Assembly: GCF_964204645.1 (NCBI RefSeq)
Contig: NW_027437480.1
Location: 1 to 53,062 of the forward strand
Length of the DNA stretch: 53,062 bases
Reading direction: 5' to 3'
Source of the DNA: Tubulanus polymorphus
Lineage: Eukaryota; Animalia; Nemertea
Within the stretch, counting starts at the first letter, position 1. Each line of letters starts with the position of its first letter. Of the stretch, positions 29,694 through 40,038 are shown in pieces. Made by a program: the position numbers and the translations under genes. The notes under the pieces were generated by a model that was not told the DNA's origin, did no database searches, and saw nothing but the letters and a program-made list of their open reading frames with translations.

Positions 29694-32159
29694 CTACGGG
29701 ACGTTCATGCCTCGGGGCGTGTTCGTGTCGAGTCGTCGTATCCAGTCTTGTTCGGCTGCTTCGCGGATCGGTCTCGTGGAGCCTGGTAGGTGTTGGAGAC
29801 CGTACACCCGAAAGTGTTCGCGGGTGTGGTCGACTTGGTTGAAGTGGTCCGAGACTGGAGTCGAATTCTTCGTTCTGATGCGTGAGACGTGATGAGTGAC
29901 GCGTTCTCGTAGAGACATTCCGGTTTGGCCGACGTACAGCATGTTGCACTTGGTGCATTCGATGCAGTATACAATTTCACGGGTCGCGCAATTAATTGTG
30001 CTGCGGATCGCGTGCATTTTGTTGTGGCTGCGGCAAACGGTTGTTTCTCGGACGAGTGGACACGTACGACATCTCGGTGTTCTGCATTTCTCGGTGCCTC
30101 GACGTCGGGTTGACGGAGTTCTTTGAGTAGACCTGGAAATAGAAGAATTGGAAACAACGGAAGTATTTCTGTTACGATGCGGTGAAGAGGGGACTCGGGG
30201 AGGGGGTGGCTCCGTGGGTTTGAGCTGCGACGAAGTTAGGAGATCTTTGAGACTCTTGTGCTTGGTGTAGGCGGTGACCGTGGTTACCTCGTCCGACCGG
30301 CCGGTGGCCGTAGCCAGTTCCGTAAATCTGGTTCGGATGTTACGGGCTAGGGTTCGGTTGGCTTCGGAGTGAGGTAAGATAAGCGGTAAACGCTTTTTCG
30401 GCGGTTCGTCGGCCCGTTGTTGTTCTCGTAGATCTCGTTCGGCGTGGTGCCGTAGAGCTTGACTTTTGATGTGTCGCAGTTCGCGGTCTTTGTAGCCACG
30501 ACCTCTGAGTACTTTAAGGACGGTTCCGGACGCTGCGTGTAAGTCCGAATCGTTATTGCAGATGCGCCGGAACCGGAGAATTTGACTTTTAACTATACCG
30601 GAAAATGTGTGTTTAGGGTGAAACGAGGATCGATGTAGTAATTGATGCGAATCGGTTGGTTTGAAGTAGACTTTGGTGTCTACTGTGCCACTTGTCTCGA
30701 ATCGCGGGCCTTTGAAAGTGGTTACGTCCAGGAAGTTGACGCTGGTGTCGCTGATTTCGAACTTGAGTTTGATGGATCGGCTCACTGTTTGTAGGACGTC
30801 GATGAATTGCATCAACGTTTCGCGGCCGTGTTCCCAAACTATGTAGATGTCGTCGATGAACCGAGCGTATAGCGATGGTTGGAGTTCGCTTCTGGACAGA
30901 CCTTCTTTTTCCCATTCGGCTACAAAGATATTGGCATAAGAAGGAGCAAAACGCTTACCCATTGCGGTACCTTTTACCTGTAAATATGTGTTTTCGTTAA
31001 AGTTAAAGTCATTTTTCTTCAGGCTGATTTCGAGTAGTTTCAGCAGCTCGGCATCCGGGCGTCCCGGGTTCGGGTTATCTCGGAGAGCTTGTCGGATGCT
31101 GGCGATACCCTCTTCGTGGGGGATGTTGGTGTAGAGCGAATCGATGTCCATGGTGACGAGTAACGCATCGGCGCTAAATTGTTTACCGGCCAAAATATCT
31201 AGAAAGTGGTTGGTATCTTTGACGTACGACGGGTGACCGCGGGCGATCGGCTGCAAATAGTAGTCGATCCATTCCGAAATTTCGTAGGTTTCGGAGCCGC
31301 AGTCGGAGACGATCGGTCTCCCCGGCGGTACGCGATCGGGTACCGTCCACTTCTCGCGTTCTTTATGGATTTTGGGAAGCAGATAGAACTGCCTCTGTTT
31401 CGGATTATCGGGCGGTAATAGATATTCGGCGGTTTTTAGCGGGATGATTTTTCGTCGAGCCATATTTTCGATGATTTCGCGAATTTCTTCCCCGGTCTGT
31501 TCGAAGATCGGTTGCTGCAGCGGCTGATAATACTCGAGATCGGCTAGTTGGCGCATGGCTTCGAGGACGTAGTCGTCGCGGTCCATGATAACCGTAGCGG
31601 AACCCTTATCGGCGGCTTTGATGACAATATTAGTGTTGTCACGCAGCTGCTGGAGGGCTTCGCGTTCCTGTTTAGTGAGGTTATCATTTACGCGACGCGT
31701 ATCCCTGGTTTGTTGAGCCAATTCGTGCGCGTCGTTGCAGAACCCGGCGATTACTGGTTCTATTTCATCCGGAGCCCAACTGCTGGGCAGACGGAAACGC
31801 GGAGCCTCGCGGTCCGGTTTGTCTCGGAAGTGATGGTCGAGTTTCACTAGCCGGTTGAATCGGCACACTCCCTTGGTGCGCTCGGTCGCGGCGGCATCAG
31901 AACCGATTTTTGGAGTCGGGCAATAAGTGAGGCCCTTTCGGAGTAGCTGATGTTGCGCCGGACTTAGGCGGAGTGAACGTGTGAGGTTGACCACCGGGCT
32001 CCCGAGAGCGGTGACCGGATCGCGTCGCGCTTGGTTTGGTGCCGGTTCTTCGTGTTCGTCGGACCTGGAAACGGAAGAAATCAGAGAAGCATTGGTTAAT
32101 TCCGGTTGATTTAACTCACCAATAGTGGACCCGTTGGTCTCACTAATACTTAGTTTAAA
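29694..32159 (-). CDS. PLE ORF2 RT-GIY-YIG (unit 2)
   Basis: Intact; same motifs as unit 1. Confidence 0.95.
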   Translation of the reverse strand, partial: FKLSISETNGSTIGELNQPELTNASLISSVSRSDEHEEPAPNQARRDPVTALGSPVVNLTRSLRLSPAQHQLLRKGLTYCPTPKIGSDAAATERTKGVCRFNRLVKLDHHFRDKPDREAPRFRLPSSWAPDEIEPVIAGFCNDAHELAQQTRDTRRVNDNLTKQEREALQQLRDNTNIVIKAADKGSATVIMDRDDYVLEAMRQLADLEYYQPLQQPIFEQTGEEIREIIENMARRKIIPLKTAEYLLPPDNPKQRQFYLLPKIHKEREKWTVPDRVPPGRPIVSDCGSETYEISEWIDYYLQPIARGHPSYVKDTNHFLDILAGKQFSADALLVTMDIDSLYTNIPHEEGIASIRQALRDNPNPGRPDAELLKLLEISLKKNDFNFNENTYLQVKGTAMGKRFAPSYANIFVAEWEKEGLSRSELQPSLYARFIDDIYIVWEHGRETLMQFIDVLQTVSRSIKLKFEISDTSVNFLDVTTFKGPRFETSGTVDTKVYFKPTDSHQLLHRSSFHPKHTFSGIVKSQILRFRRICNNDSDLHAASGTVLKVLRGRGYKDRELRHIKSQALRHHAERDLREQQRADEPPKKRLPLILPHSEANRTLARNIRTRFTELATATGRSDEVTTVTAYTKHKSLKDLLTSSQLKPTEPPPPRVPSSPHRNRNTSVVSNSSISRSTQRTPSTRRRGTEKCRTPRCRTCPLVRETTVCRSHNKMHAIRSTINCATREIVYCIECTKCNMLYVGQTGMSLRERVTHHVSRIRTKNSTPVSDHFNQVDHTREHFRVYGLQHLPGSTRPIREAAEQDWIRRLDTNTPRGMNVP

Positions 32160-33658
32160 CCACTGAGCCAGTGGTCCAGCAGGGTGTTAGCTGTACCACG
32201 GTTCCAGTGGATCCCGTCTCCAACAACTCTGAAGCGTCGATCATCGATGGGTGGTATCGCGGTGACGTCGTCGTTATTCTCGAGGAATTCGTTGAACTTC
32301 CGGGCGAACTGCTGGTGTTCGCGGGTCGTGTTGAGTTGAACGAAGTGGACGAACGAGTGCTGATACTTCTTGACTGCGGCGTTGATCAGGCGCTGTGTGG
32401 TCTTCCTGGCGGTCGCTTCGAAGTTGTTGTCGCGGTTGTTGATTCCGACGCTGATGATCACCGTATCCGGGCGATCTCGGCGCTCCGGTACAGCATCGAT
32501 CAGGTCGGCGAGATGAGCTATCTTGCAGCCGGGGAAGCTCTCGATCTGGACGTCATCCGGACGGCGGCTTGATGTGATGTTACTCAGATTTGAGTCACCA
32601 ATCACCAGAATGGGTCGCCGGGTTGGTGGCAGACTCCAATCCTGTTTCTTCCGACCCGTATTCGGATGACGGCGAACTTCCTGGGGCGCCATCGGTCTCG
32701 GTGTTGGCGTCGGACTTCGCGCTGGCAGTAGGCGCCCTGGTGACCTGTAATGAGACGGAGAGCTGGAAAGAGAAGAAGAGAGAGACGGCGTCGGACTGCT
32801 GGTTGGTGCGGTCGGCGTTCTCTGCGGCGGCGGCGGCGTCGGGTTTCGAGGCGGCGGCGTCGGACTTCTCGGTGGCGTCGGACTTCTTGGTGGCGGCGGC
32901 GGCGTCGGCATCGGACTTCTCGGTGGTGGCGCCATTCTGGTTGGTGGCGTCCTGGTGACATCCGCGTAGCTTCTCGGTGACCTGGAATCAGAAAAAGAAG
33001 GAGGCGCTGTGGGCGCGGCGGGCGCGGCTGCGGTTGGTGCAGGCGTCCTCGGCGTCGCGGGCTTTCGAATCTTCCGGCTCGGTCTCGGCGGCGGACGAAT
33101 CTTCGGCTCCGTGGGTGCCTCCTGGTGGTGTGACCTGAAATGAGAAGGGGAAGAAGGTGGGTTAGATAGGACATTTCTGAGTTTGTCAGACAGAGCCTGA
33201 CCGCGGAATTTCGACCGCAAATCCAGCGCGATGTTGAAAAGCCGGATCGTTCCGGGGCTCAGACGGGAGCCGAAATTCCTCCGGGCCCATGTCAGGGCGA
33301 CATCCTGTGCTGATAGACAGTCCGGCAGAGGATCACCCATTAGCTCAACAAATGTGGCAGCGTAATGGATGGTCAGCTCTTTCGAAACTGTCTCCATCCA
33401 GACGTCCGCGGCAGCGTGCAGCTGCACCGTTACTGCTTCGGTGCAAGCCGCCGGCCGCAGGAACATCTTCAGATGGTCCTTCTTCCTCCGAATCGCTTTC
33501 GGACCAGAGCTCAACTGGGCAAGGTGGTGCGCCACTTGAAGAGCTCTATAATAGGTTTTCGGCGACATCCCGGGTTGCTGGTGTCGCTCAGGGCGTCCTC
33601 CGCCCTTGCTGGTCTTCTCAGCTGGTGGTCGTTTCTTCTTTCGAGTAGATCGCTCCAT
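32150..33658 (-). CDS. PLE ORF1 with SGNH hydrolase (unit 2)
   Basis: Intact; one Pro codon shorter than unit 1. Confidence 0.88.
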   Translation of the reverse strand: MERSTRKKKRPPAEKTSKGGGRPERHQQPGMSPKTYYRALQVAHHLAQLSSGPKAIRRKKDHLKMFLRPAACTEAVTVQLHAAADVWMETVSKELTIHYAATFVELMGDPLPDCLSAQDVALTWARRNFGSRLSPGTIRLFNIALDLRSKFRGQALSDKLRNVLSNPPSSPSHFRSHHQEAPTEPKIRPPPRPSRKIRKPATPRTPAPTAAAPAAPTAPPSFSDSRSPRSYADVTRTPPTRMAPPPRSPMPTPPPPPRSPTPPRSPTPPPRNPTPPPPQRTPTAPTSSPTPSLSSSLSSSPSHYRSPGRLLPARSPTPTPRPMAPQEVRRHPNTGRKKQDWSLPPTRRPILVIGDSNLSNITSSRRPDDVQIESFPGCKIAHLADLIDAVPERRDRPDTVIISVGINNRDNNFEATARKTTQRLINAAVKKYQHSFVHFVQLNTTREHQQFARKFNEFLENNDDVTAIPPIDDRRFRVVGDGIHWNRGTANTLLDHWLSGLN

Positions 33659-33696
33659 TGACAGATATTTCGGCGAGGTTGCCTTCGTCAGTGTCA
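33659..33696 (-). ncRNA. Minimal hammerhead ribozyme (unit 2)
   Basis: Same sequence as 27317-27354. Confidence 0.8.
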
Positions 33697-36035
33697 GTGC
33701 AGGAATCATGCTGAACTAGGATTAGACACGGGTTTTTATACACGCAGCGCGCAACAAGTGAACAGTATTCGAGTTAGAAGTTAAGTGACCATATGAGACC
33801 TTGTGATCTAGACTAATTGTACTTCTGTGATCAAGCTAATAGACAAACTAGGGGTCTGACTAATTATGCCTTTGATCCAGAGTGACTAGAAAACAGCACT
33901 AATTATAGCCCTTGATCTAGCTGTTGAATAGTTTGCTTTGATGTATAGTTCTAAAGATCTAAAGAGCGGCGTGTCTAATATAGAATTGAAAAGTTTATTT
34001 CGATATAACCTAATAAATACTCAAAGTGTTTTCTATAAAGAGAAATCTAGAATATGTATTATTAATATACGTGAACCGGAATGTTCGAAATATGTCCGAG
34101 TTCAGTTTCAAAATTGCTTAATTCCTAATTAGTTTAGACGCGTTAATTAGCGGTGCGCGGCCGAGGCGTATTCCGATATACGCGTGTTTACTAGATAGTC
34201 GTAAATGGTGAAATCCGGTTCTTAGTTAATCGAGTTTTCTCCGTATTCTAAAGCTTTTAAGAGCGGATTTTGAAATATCTACGCGGTATTCTACCGAAAA
34301 TTGGATGAATTAGACAGCGCGGCGTCGGCGATTTAGTAGGAAGTTATAACCCGTAAGATCTAAATTACTGAGTGAGCGCGGGTGGTTAATTAGCCCTAAT
34401 TATGGGTGACGAGTTTTGATAGAAATGTCTTACTAATACGTCTGTTTTAATTCTACGTTCTTAAATATAATTCTATTAGATAAACTACGCTTATTTAGAG
34501 TTATTAGGATCGAGTAAAGCTATGTGAACTTAAACATGTCACAAATATATTCAGACCGGAGCGCGGGTATTCAGTCAATCGGTTTAAGCTTGCGTAGTTT
34601 GAGTGGTTCAAAAACACTATGATCTCTTCTTTAATCCGAAGGTTGAAATATATACGTGATATAAAACTCTTTTTGAATCGGGAATATTGGGCTGTGTTCT
34701 TTGAAAAAAACTGATGAGTTTGAAGGCGTCGTAACTGCGATTTTGTATAGAATTGAGTCGGATAATTAGTCAAGAGGCGCAGGTGGCCGATCGGTCACTA
34801 ATTATGAGTGACTTGTAAACAGTGATTGATGTCCGTGGACTATTATTTATCCTATAAACTTCTTATACTTCTACAACCTATAGTGCGGTTTTTGAATATA
34901 GCTACTAATACTTTTGAGCGATCTCATTAGAATTGTTATCCGAAAATAAACTGTCTGTTTTAGAGAAATTTGAAACTTGACACCCGGATCTATATAGAGT
35001 ATGTTCCAAGAGTTGGCGCGTAGATACGATAATAGTTAATTAGGACGTAGCGGGTTAGGTCCCCGACCGAACGTAATAGATTAAACGGAGGTTAATTAGG
35101 GTGCCGCGGGTTCGAGTCCCGACCAGGCGCCGTTTAGTAATTGAATAGTTCTATTCTAAATGTTTTTTACCTATTCTGGATTCCTTTTAATTCTGAATCT
35201 TTGACGGATACAATAGTACTTTTCAGATGTTTCTACGATATAATCTTAGTGCCGACGCATATTTTCAAAATAAATAAGAGCGGTGGACTGGTTACCGGTA
35301 TCTAACGCGGGGCACCGGCAACCCGTCAGTACTAGCGGTTAATTTCGGAGCGGCGGGTACGGTTCCCGAGTATTCTCCGGAGCTTAATTCGGGTGCCGCG
35401 GGTTCGAGTCCCGATCAGGCGCGCCGTTTTAGTAATTGAGTATATTCTTACCTATTCTAGATTCCCTTTCTTTCTAAATTTATAATAGATTAATTAATAC
35501 TTTTCGGGTGTTTCTATGATATAATCTCAGTGCTGACGCATATTTTCGAAATAGATAATAGCGGTGGACTGGTTACCGGTTTCTATCGTCCTGGGACAGG
35601 CAACCAGTCTGTACTAGCGGTTAGGGTTCGGTTCCCGATATCGCGCTTTTGTTTATTTTTCTAACTGTTTCTGATATTTGATCTGTCTTCTTACTTACTG
35701 AATTTCGATTGAGTTTTCAAAGTAAAGCAGAGAGAACTAATTAAAAGATAAAAGGTTAATGATTCCTGTGGAGCTTGTGATCTTGGAGTTTGTTTTGTAC
35801 TCTGTCTCTGAGCGGGTTTCTGCTTCAGGCGACGGAGGATGATTCTGCAAATAGATTGATGATTAATAATTAATCAGTTAAGATAATTTACGAGGGAAAC
35901 CTGGCACGGGCTAAGGTTAGGTTTAGAGATAGAGGTTAGGGGACCAAACCGAAGGTTTGGAGACCCCACTAGTGCACGGGCAGCGGGTTATCCCTGTAAA
36001 AAAGTAGTGAGAGTTAATTGTTGTAGTGAGGCGGT

Positions 36036-38501
36036 CTACGGGACGTTCATGCCTCGGGGCGTGTTCGTGTCGAGTCGTCGTATCCAGTCTTGTTCGGCTG
36101 CTTCGCGGATCGGTCTCGTGGAGCCTGGTAGGTGTTGGAGACCGTACACCCGAAAGTGTTCGCGGGTGTGGTCGACTTGGTTGAAGTGGTCCGAGACTGG
36201 AGTCGAATTCTTCGTTCTGATGCGTGAGACGTGATGAGTGACGCGTTCTCGTAGAGACATTCCGGTTTGGCCGACGTACAGCATGTTGCACTTGGTGCAT
36301 TCGATGCAGTATACAATTTCACGGGTCGCGCAATTAATTGTGCTGCGGATCGCGTGCATTTTGTTGTGGCTGCGGCAAACGGTTGTTTCTCGGACGAGTG
36401 GACACGTACGACATCTCGGTGTTCTGCATTTCTCGGTGCCTCGACGTCGGGTTGACGGAGTTCTTTGAGTAGACCTGGAAATAGAAGAATTGGAAACAAC
36501 GGAAGTATTTCTGTTACGATGCGGTGAAGAGGGGACTCGGGGAGGGGGTGGCTCCGTGGGTTTGAGCTGCGACGAAGTTAGGAGATCTTTGAGACTCTTG
36601 TGCTTGGTGTAGGCGGTGACCGTGGTTACCTCGTCCGACCGGCCGGTGGCCGTAGCCAGTTCCGTAAATCTGGTTCGGATGTTACGGGCTAGGGTTCGGT
36701 TGGCTTCGGAGTGAGGTAAGATAAGCGGTAAACGCTTTTTCGGCGGTTCGTCGGCCCGTTGTTGTTCTCGTAGATCTCGTTCGGCGTGGTGCCGTAGAGC
36801 TTGACTTTTGATGTGTCGCAGTTCGCGGTCTTTGTAGCCACGACCTCTGAGTACTTTAAGGACGGTTCCGGACGCTGCGTGTAAGTCCGAATCGTTATTG
36901 CAGATGCGCCGGAACCGGAGAATTTGACTTTTAACTATACCGGAAAATGTGTGTTTAGGGTGAAACGAGGATCGATGTAGTAATTGATGCGAATCGGTTG
37001 GTTTGAAGTAGACTTTGGTGTCTACTGTGCCACTTGTCTCGAATCGCGGGCCTTTGAAAGTGGTTACGTCCAGGAAGTTGACGCTGGTGTCGCTGATTTC
37101 GAACTTGAGTTTGATGGATCGGCTCACTGTTTGTAGGACGTCGATGAATTGCATCAACGTTTCGCGGCCGTGTTCCCAAACTATGTAGATGTCGTCGATG
37201 AACCGAGCGTATAGCGATGGTTGGAGTTCGCTTCTGGACAGACCTTCTTTTTCCCATTCGGCTACAAAGATATTGGCATAAGAAGGAGCAAAACGCTTAC
37301 CCATTGCGGTACCTTTTACCTGTAAATATGTGTTTTCGTTAAAGTTAAAGTCATTTTTCTTCAGGCTGATTTCGAGTAGTTTCAGCAGCTCGGCATCCGG
37401 GCGTCCCGGGTTCGGGTTATCTCGGAGAGCTTGTCGGATGCTGGCGATACCCTCTTCGTGGGGGATGTTGGTGTAGAGCGAATCGATGTCCATGGTGACG
37501 AGTAACGCATCGGCGCTAAATTGTTTACCGGCCAAAATATCTAGAAAGTGGTTGGTATCTTTGACGTACGACGGGTGACCGCGGGCGATCGGCTGCAAAT
37601 AGTAGTCGATCCATTCCGAAATTTCGTAGGTTTCGGAGCCGCAGTCGGAGACGATCGGTCTCCCCGGCGGTACGCGATCGGGTACCGTCCACTTCTCGCG
37701 TTCTTTATGGATTTTGGGAAGCAGATAGAACTGCCTCTGTTTCGGATTATCGGGCGGTAATAGATATTCGGCGGTTTTTAGCGGGATGATTTTTCGTCGA
37801 GCCATATTTTCGATGATTTCGCGAATTTCTTCCCCGGTCTGTTCGAAGATCGGTTGCTGCAGCGGCTGATAATACTCGAGATCGGCTAGTTGGCGCATGG
37901 CTTCGAGGACGTAGTCGTCGCGGTCCATGATAACCGTAGCGGAACCCTTATCGGCGGCTTTGATGACAATATTAGTGTTGTCACGCAGCTGCTGGAGGGC
38001 TTCGCGTTCCTGTTTAGTGAGGTTATCATTTACGCGACGCGTATCCCTGGTTTGTTGAGCCAATTCGTGCGCGTCGTTGCAGAACCCGGCGATTACTGGT
38101 TCTATTTCATCCGGAGCCCAACTGCTGGGCAGACGGAAACGCGGAGCCTCGCGGTCCGGTTTGTCTCGGAAGTGATGGTCGAGTTTCACTAGCCGGTTGA
38201 ATCGGCACACTCCCTTGGTGCGCTCGGTCGCGGCGGCATCAGAACCGATTTTTGGAGTCGGGCAATAAGTGAGGCCCTTTCGGAGTAGCTGATGTTGCGC
38301 CGGACTTAGGCGGAGTGAACGTGTGAGGTTGACCACCGGGCTCCCGAGAGCGGTGACCGGATCGCGTCGCGCTTGGTTTGGTGCCGGTTCTTCGTGTTCG
38401 TCGGACCTGGAAACGGAAGAAATCAGAGAAGCATTGGTTAATTCCGGTTGATTTAACTCACCAATAGTGGACCCGTTGGTCTCACTAATACTTAGTTTAA
38501 A
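36036..38501 (-). CDS. PLE ORF2 RT-GIY-YIG (unit 3)
   Basis: Intact. Confidence 0.95.
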   Translation of the reverse strand, partial: FKLSISETNGSTIGELNQPELTNASLISSVSRSDEHEEPAPNQARRDPVTALGSPVVNLTRSLRLSPAQHQLLRKGLTYCPTPKIGSDAAATERTKGVCRFNRLVKLDHHFRDKPDREAPRFRLPSSWAPDEIEPVIAGFCNDAHELAQQTRDTRRVNDNLTKQEREALQQLRDNTNIVIKAADKGSATVIMDRDDYVLEAMRQLADLEYYQPLQQPIFEQTGEEIREIIENMARRKIIPLKTAEYLLPPDNPKQRQFYLLPKIHKEREKWTVPDRVPPGRPIVSDCGSETYEISEWIDYYLQPIARGHPSYVKDTNHFLDILAGKQFSADALLVTMDIDSLYTNIPHEEGIASIRQALRDNPNPGRPDAELLKLLEISLKKNDFNFNENTYLQVKGTAMGKRFAPSYANIFVAEWEKEGLSRSELQPSLYARFIDDIYIVWEHGRETLMQFIDVLQTVSRSIKLKFEISDTSVNFLDVTTFKGPRFETSGTVDTKVYFKPTDSHQLLHRSSFHPKHTFSGIVKSQILRFRRICNNDSDLHAASGTVLKVLRGRGYKDRELRHIKSQALRHHAERDLREQQRADEPPKKRLPLILPHSEANRTLARNIRTRFTELATATGRSDEVTTVTAYTKHKSLKDLLTSSQLKPTEPPPPRVPSSPHRNRNTSVVSNSSISRSTQRTPSTRRRGTEKCRTPRCRTCPLVRETTVCRSHNKMHAIRSTINCATREIVYCIECTKCNMLYVGQTGMSLRERVTHHVSRIRTKNSTPVSDHFNQVDHTREHFRVYGLQHLPGSTRPIREAAEQDWIRRLDTNTPRGMNVP

Positions 38502-40000
38502 CCACTGAGCCAGTGGTCCAGCAGGGTGTTAGCTGTACCACGGTTCCAGTGGATCCCGTCTCCAACAACTCTGAAGCGTCGATCATCGATGGGTGGTATC
38601 GCGGTGACGTCGTCGTTATTCTCGAGGAATTCGTTGAACTTCCGGGCGAACTGCTGGTGTTCGCGGGTCGTGTTGAGTTGAACGAAGTGGACGAACGAGT
38701 GCTGATACTTCTTGACTGCGGCGTTGATCAGGCGCTGTGTGGTCTTCCTGGCGGTCGCTTCGAAGTTGTTGTCGCGGTTGTTGATTCCGACGCTGATGAT
38801 CACCGTATCCGGGCGATCTCGGCGCTCCGGTACAGCATCGATCAGGTCGGCGAGATGAGCTATCTTGCAGCCGGGGAAGCTCTCGATCTGGACGTCATCC
38901 GGACGGCGGCTTGATGTGATGTTACTCAGATTTGAGTCACCAATCACCAGAATGGGTCGCCGGGTTGGTGGCAGACTCCAATCCTGTTTCTTCCGACCCG
39001 TATTCGGATGACGGCGAACTTCCTGGGGCGCCATCGGTCTCGGTGTTGGCGTCGGACTTCGCGCTGGCAGTAGGCGCCCTGGTGACCTGTAATGAGACGG
39101 AGAGCTGGAAAGAGAAGAAGAGAGAGACGGCGTCGGACTGCTGGTTGGTGCGGTCGGCGTTCTCTGCGGCGGCGGCGGCGTCGGGTTTCGAGGCGGCGGC
39201 GTCGGACTTCTCGGTGGCGTCGGACTTCTTGGTGGCGGCGGCGGCGTCGGCATCGGACTTCTCGGTGGTGGCGCCATTCTGGTTGGTGGCGTCCTGGTGA
39301 CATCCGCGTAGCTTCTCGGTGACCTGGAATCAGAAAAAGAAGGAGGCGCTGTGGGCGCGGCGGGCGCGGCTGCGGTTGGTGCAGGCGTCCTCGGCGTCGC
39401 GGGCTTTCGAATCTTCCGGCTCGGTCTCGGCGGCGGACGAATCTTCGGCTCCGTGGGTGCCTCCTGGTGGTGTGACCTGAAATGAGAAGGGGAAGAAGGT
39501 GGGTTAGATAGGACATTTCTGAGTTTGTCAGACAGAGCCTGACCGCGGAATTTCGACCGCAAATCCAGCGCGATGTTGAAAAGCCGGATCGTTCCGGGGC
39601 TCAGACGGGAGCCGAAATTCCTCCGGGCCCATGTCAGGGCGACATCCTGTGCTGATAGACAGTCCGGCAGAGGATCACCCATTAGCTCAACAAATGTGGC
39701 AGCGTAATGGATGGTCAGCTCTTTCGAAACTGTCTCCATCCAGACGTCCGCGGCAGCGTGCAGCTGCACCGTTACTGCTTCGGTGCAAGCCGCCGGCCGC
39801 AGGAACATCTTCAGATGGTCCTTCTTCCTCCGAATCGCTTTCGGACCAGAGCTCAACTGGGCAAGGTGGTGCGCCACTTGAAGAGCTCTATAATAGGTTT
39901 TCGGCGACATCCCGGGTTGCTGGTGTCGCTCAGGGCGTCCTCCGCCCTTGCTGGTCTTCTCAGCTGGTGGTCGTTTCTTCTTTCGAGTAGATCGCTCCAT
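38492..40000 (-). CDS. PLE ORF1 with SGNH hydrolase (unit 3)
   Basis: Intact. Confidence 0.88.
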   Translation of the reverse strand: MERSTRKKKRPPAEKTSKGGGRPERHQQPGMSPKTYYRALQVAHHLAQLSSGPKAIRRKKDHLKMFLRPAACTEAVTVQLHAAADVWMETVSKELTIHYAATFVELMGDPLPDCLSAQDVALTWARRNFGSRLSPGTIRLFNIALDLRSKFRGQALSDKLRNVLSNPPSSPSHFRSHHQEAPTEPKIRPPPRPSRKIRKPATPRTPAPTAAAPAAPTAPPSFSDSRSPRSYADVTRTPPTRMAPPPRSPMPTPPPPPRSPTPPRSPTPPPRNPTPPPPQRTPTAPTSSPTPSLSSSLSSSPSHYRSPGRLLPARSPTPTPRPMAPQEVRRHPNTGRKKQDWSLPPTRRPILVIGDSNLSNITSSRRPDDVQIESFPGCKIAHLADLIDAVPERRDRPDTVIISVGINNRDNNFEATARKTTQRLINAAVKKYQHSFVHFVQLNTTREHQQFARKFNEFLENNDDVTAIPPIDDRRFRVVGDGIHWNRGTANTLLDHWLSGLN

Positions 40001-40038
40001 TGACAGATATTTCGGCGAGGTTGCCTTCGTCAGTGTCA
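40001..40038 (-). ncRNA. Minimal hammerhead ribozyme (unit 3)
   Basis: Same sequence as unit 1. Confidence 0.8.

Larger units (their letters stand above)
29573..35914 (-). mobile_element. PLE unit 2, 6342 bp
   Basis: Near-identical to unit 1. Confidence 0.95.
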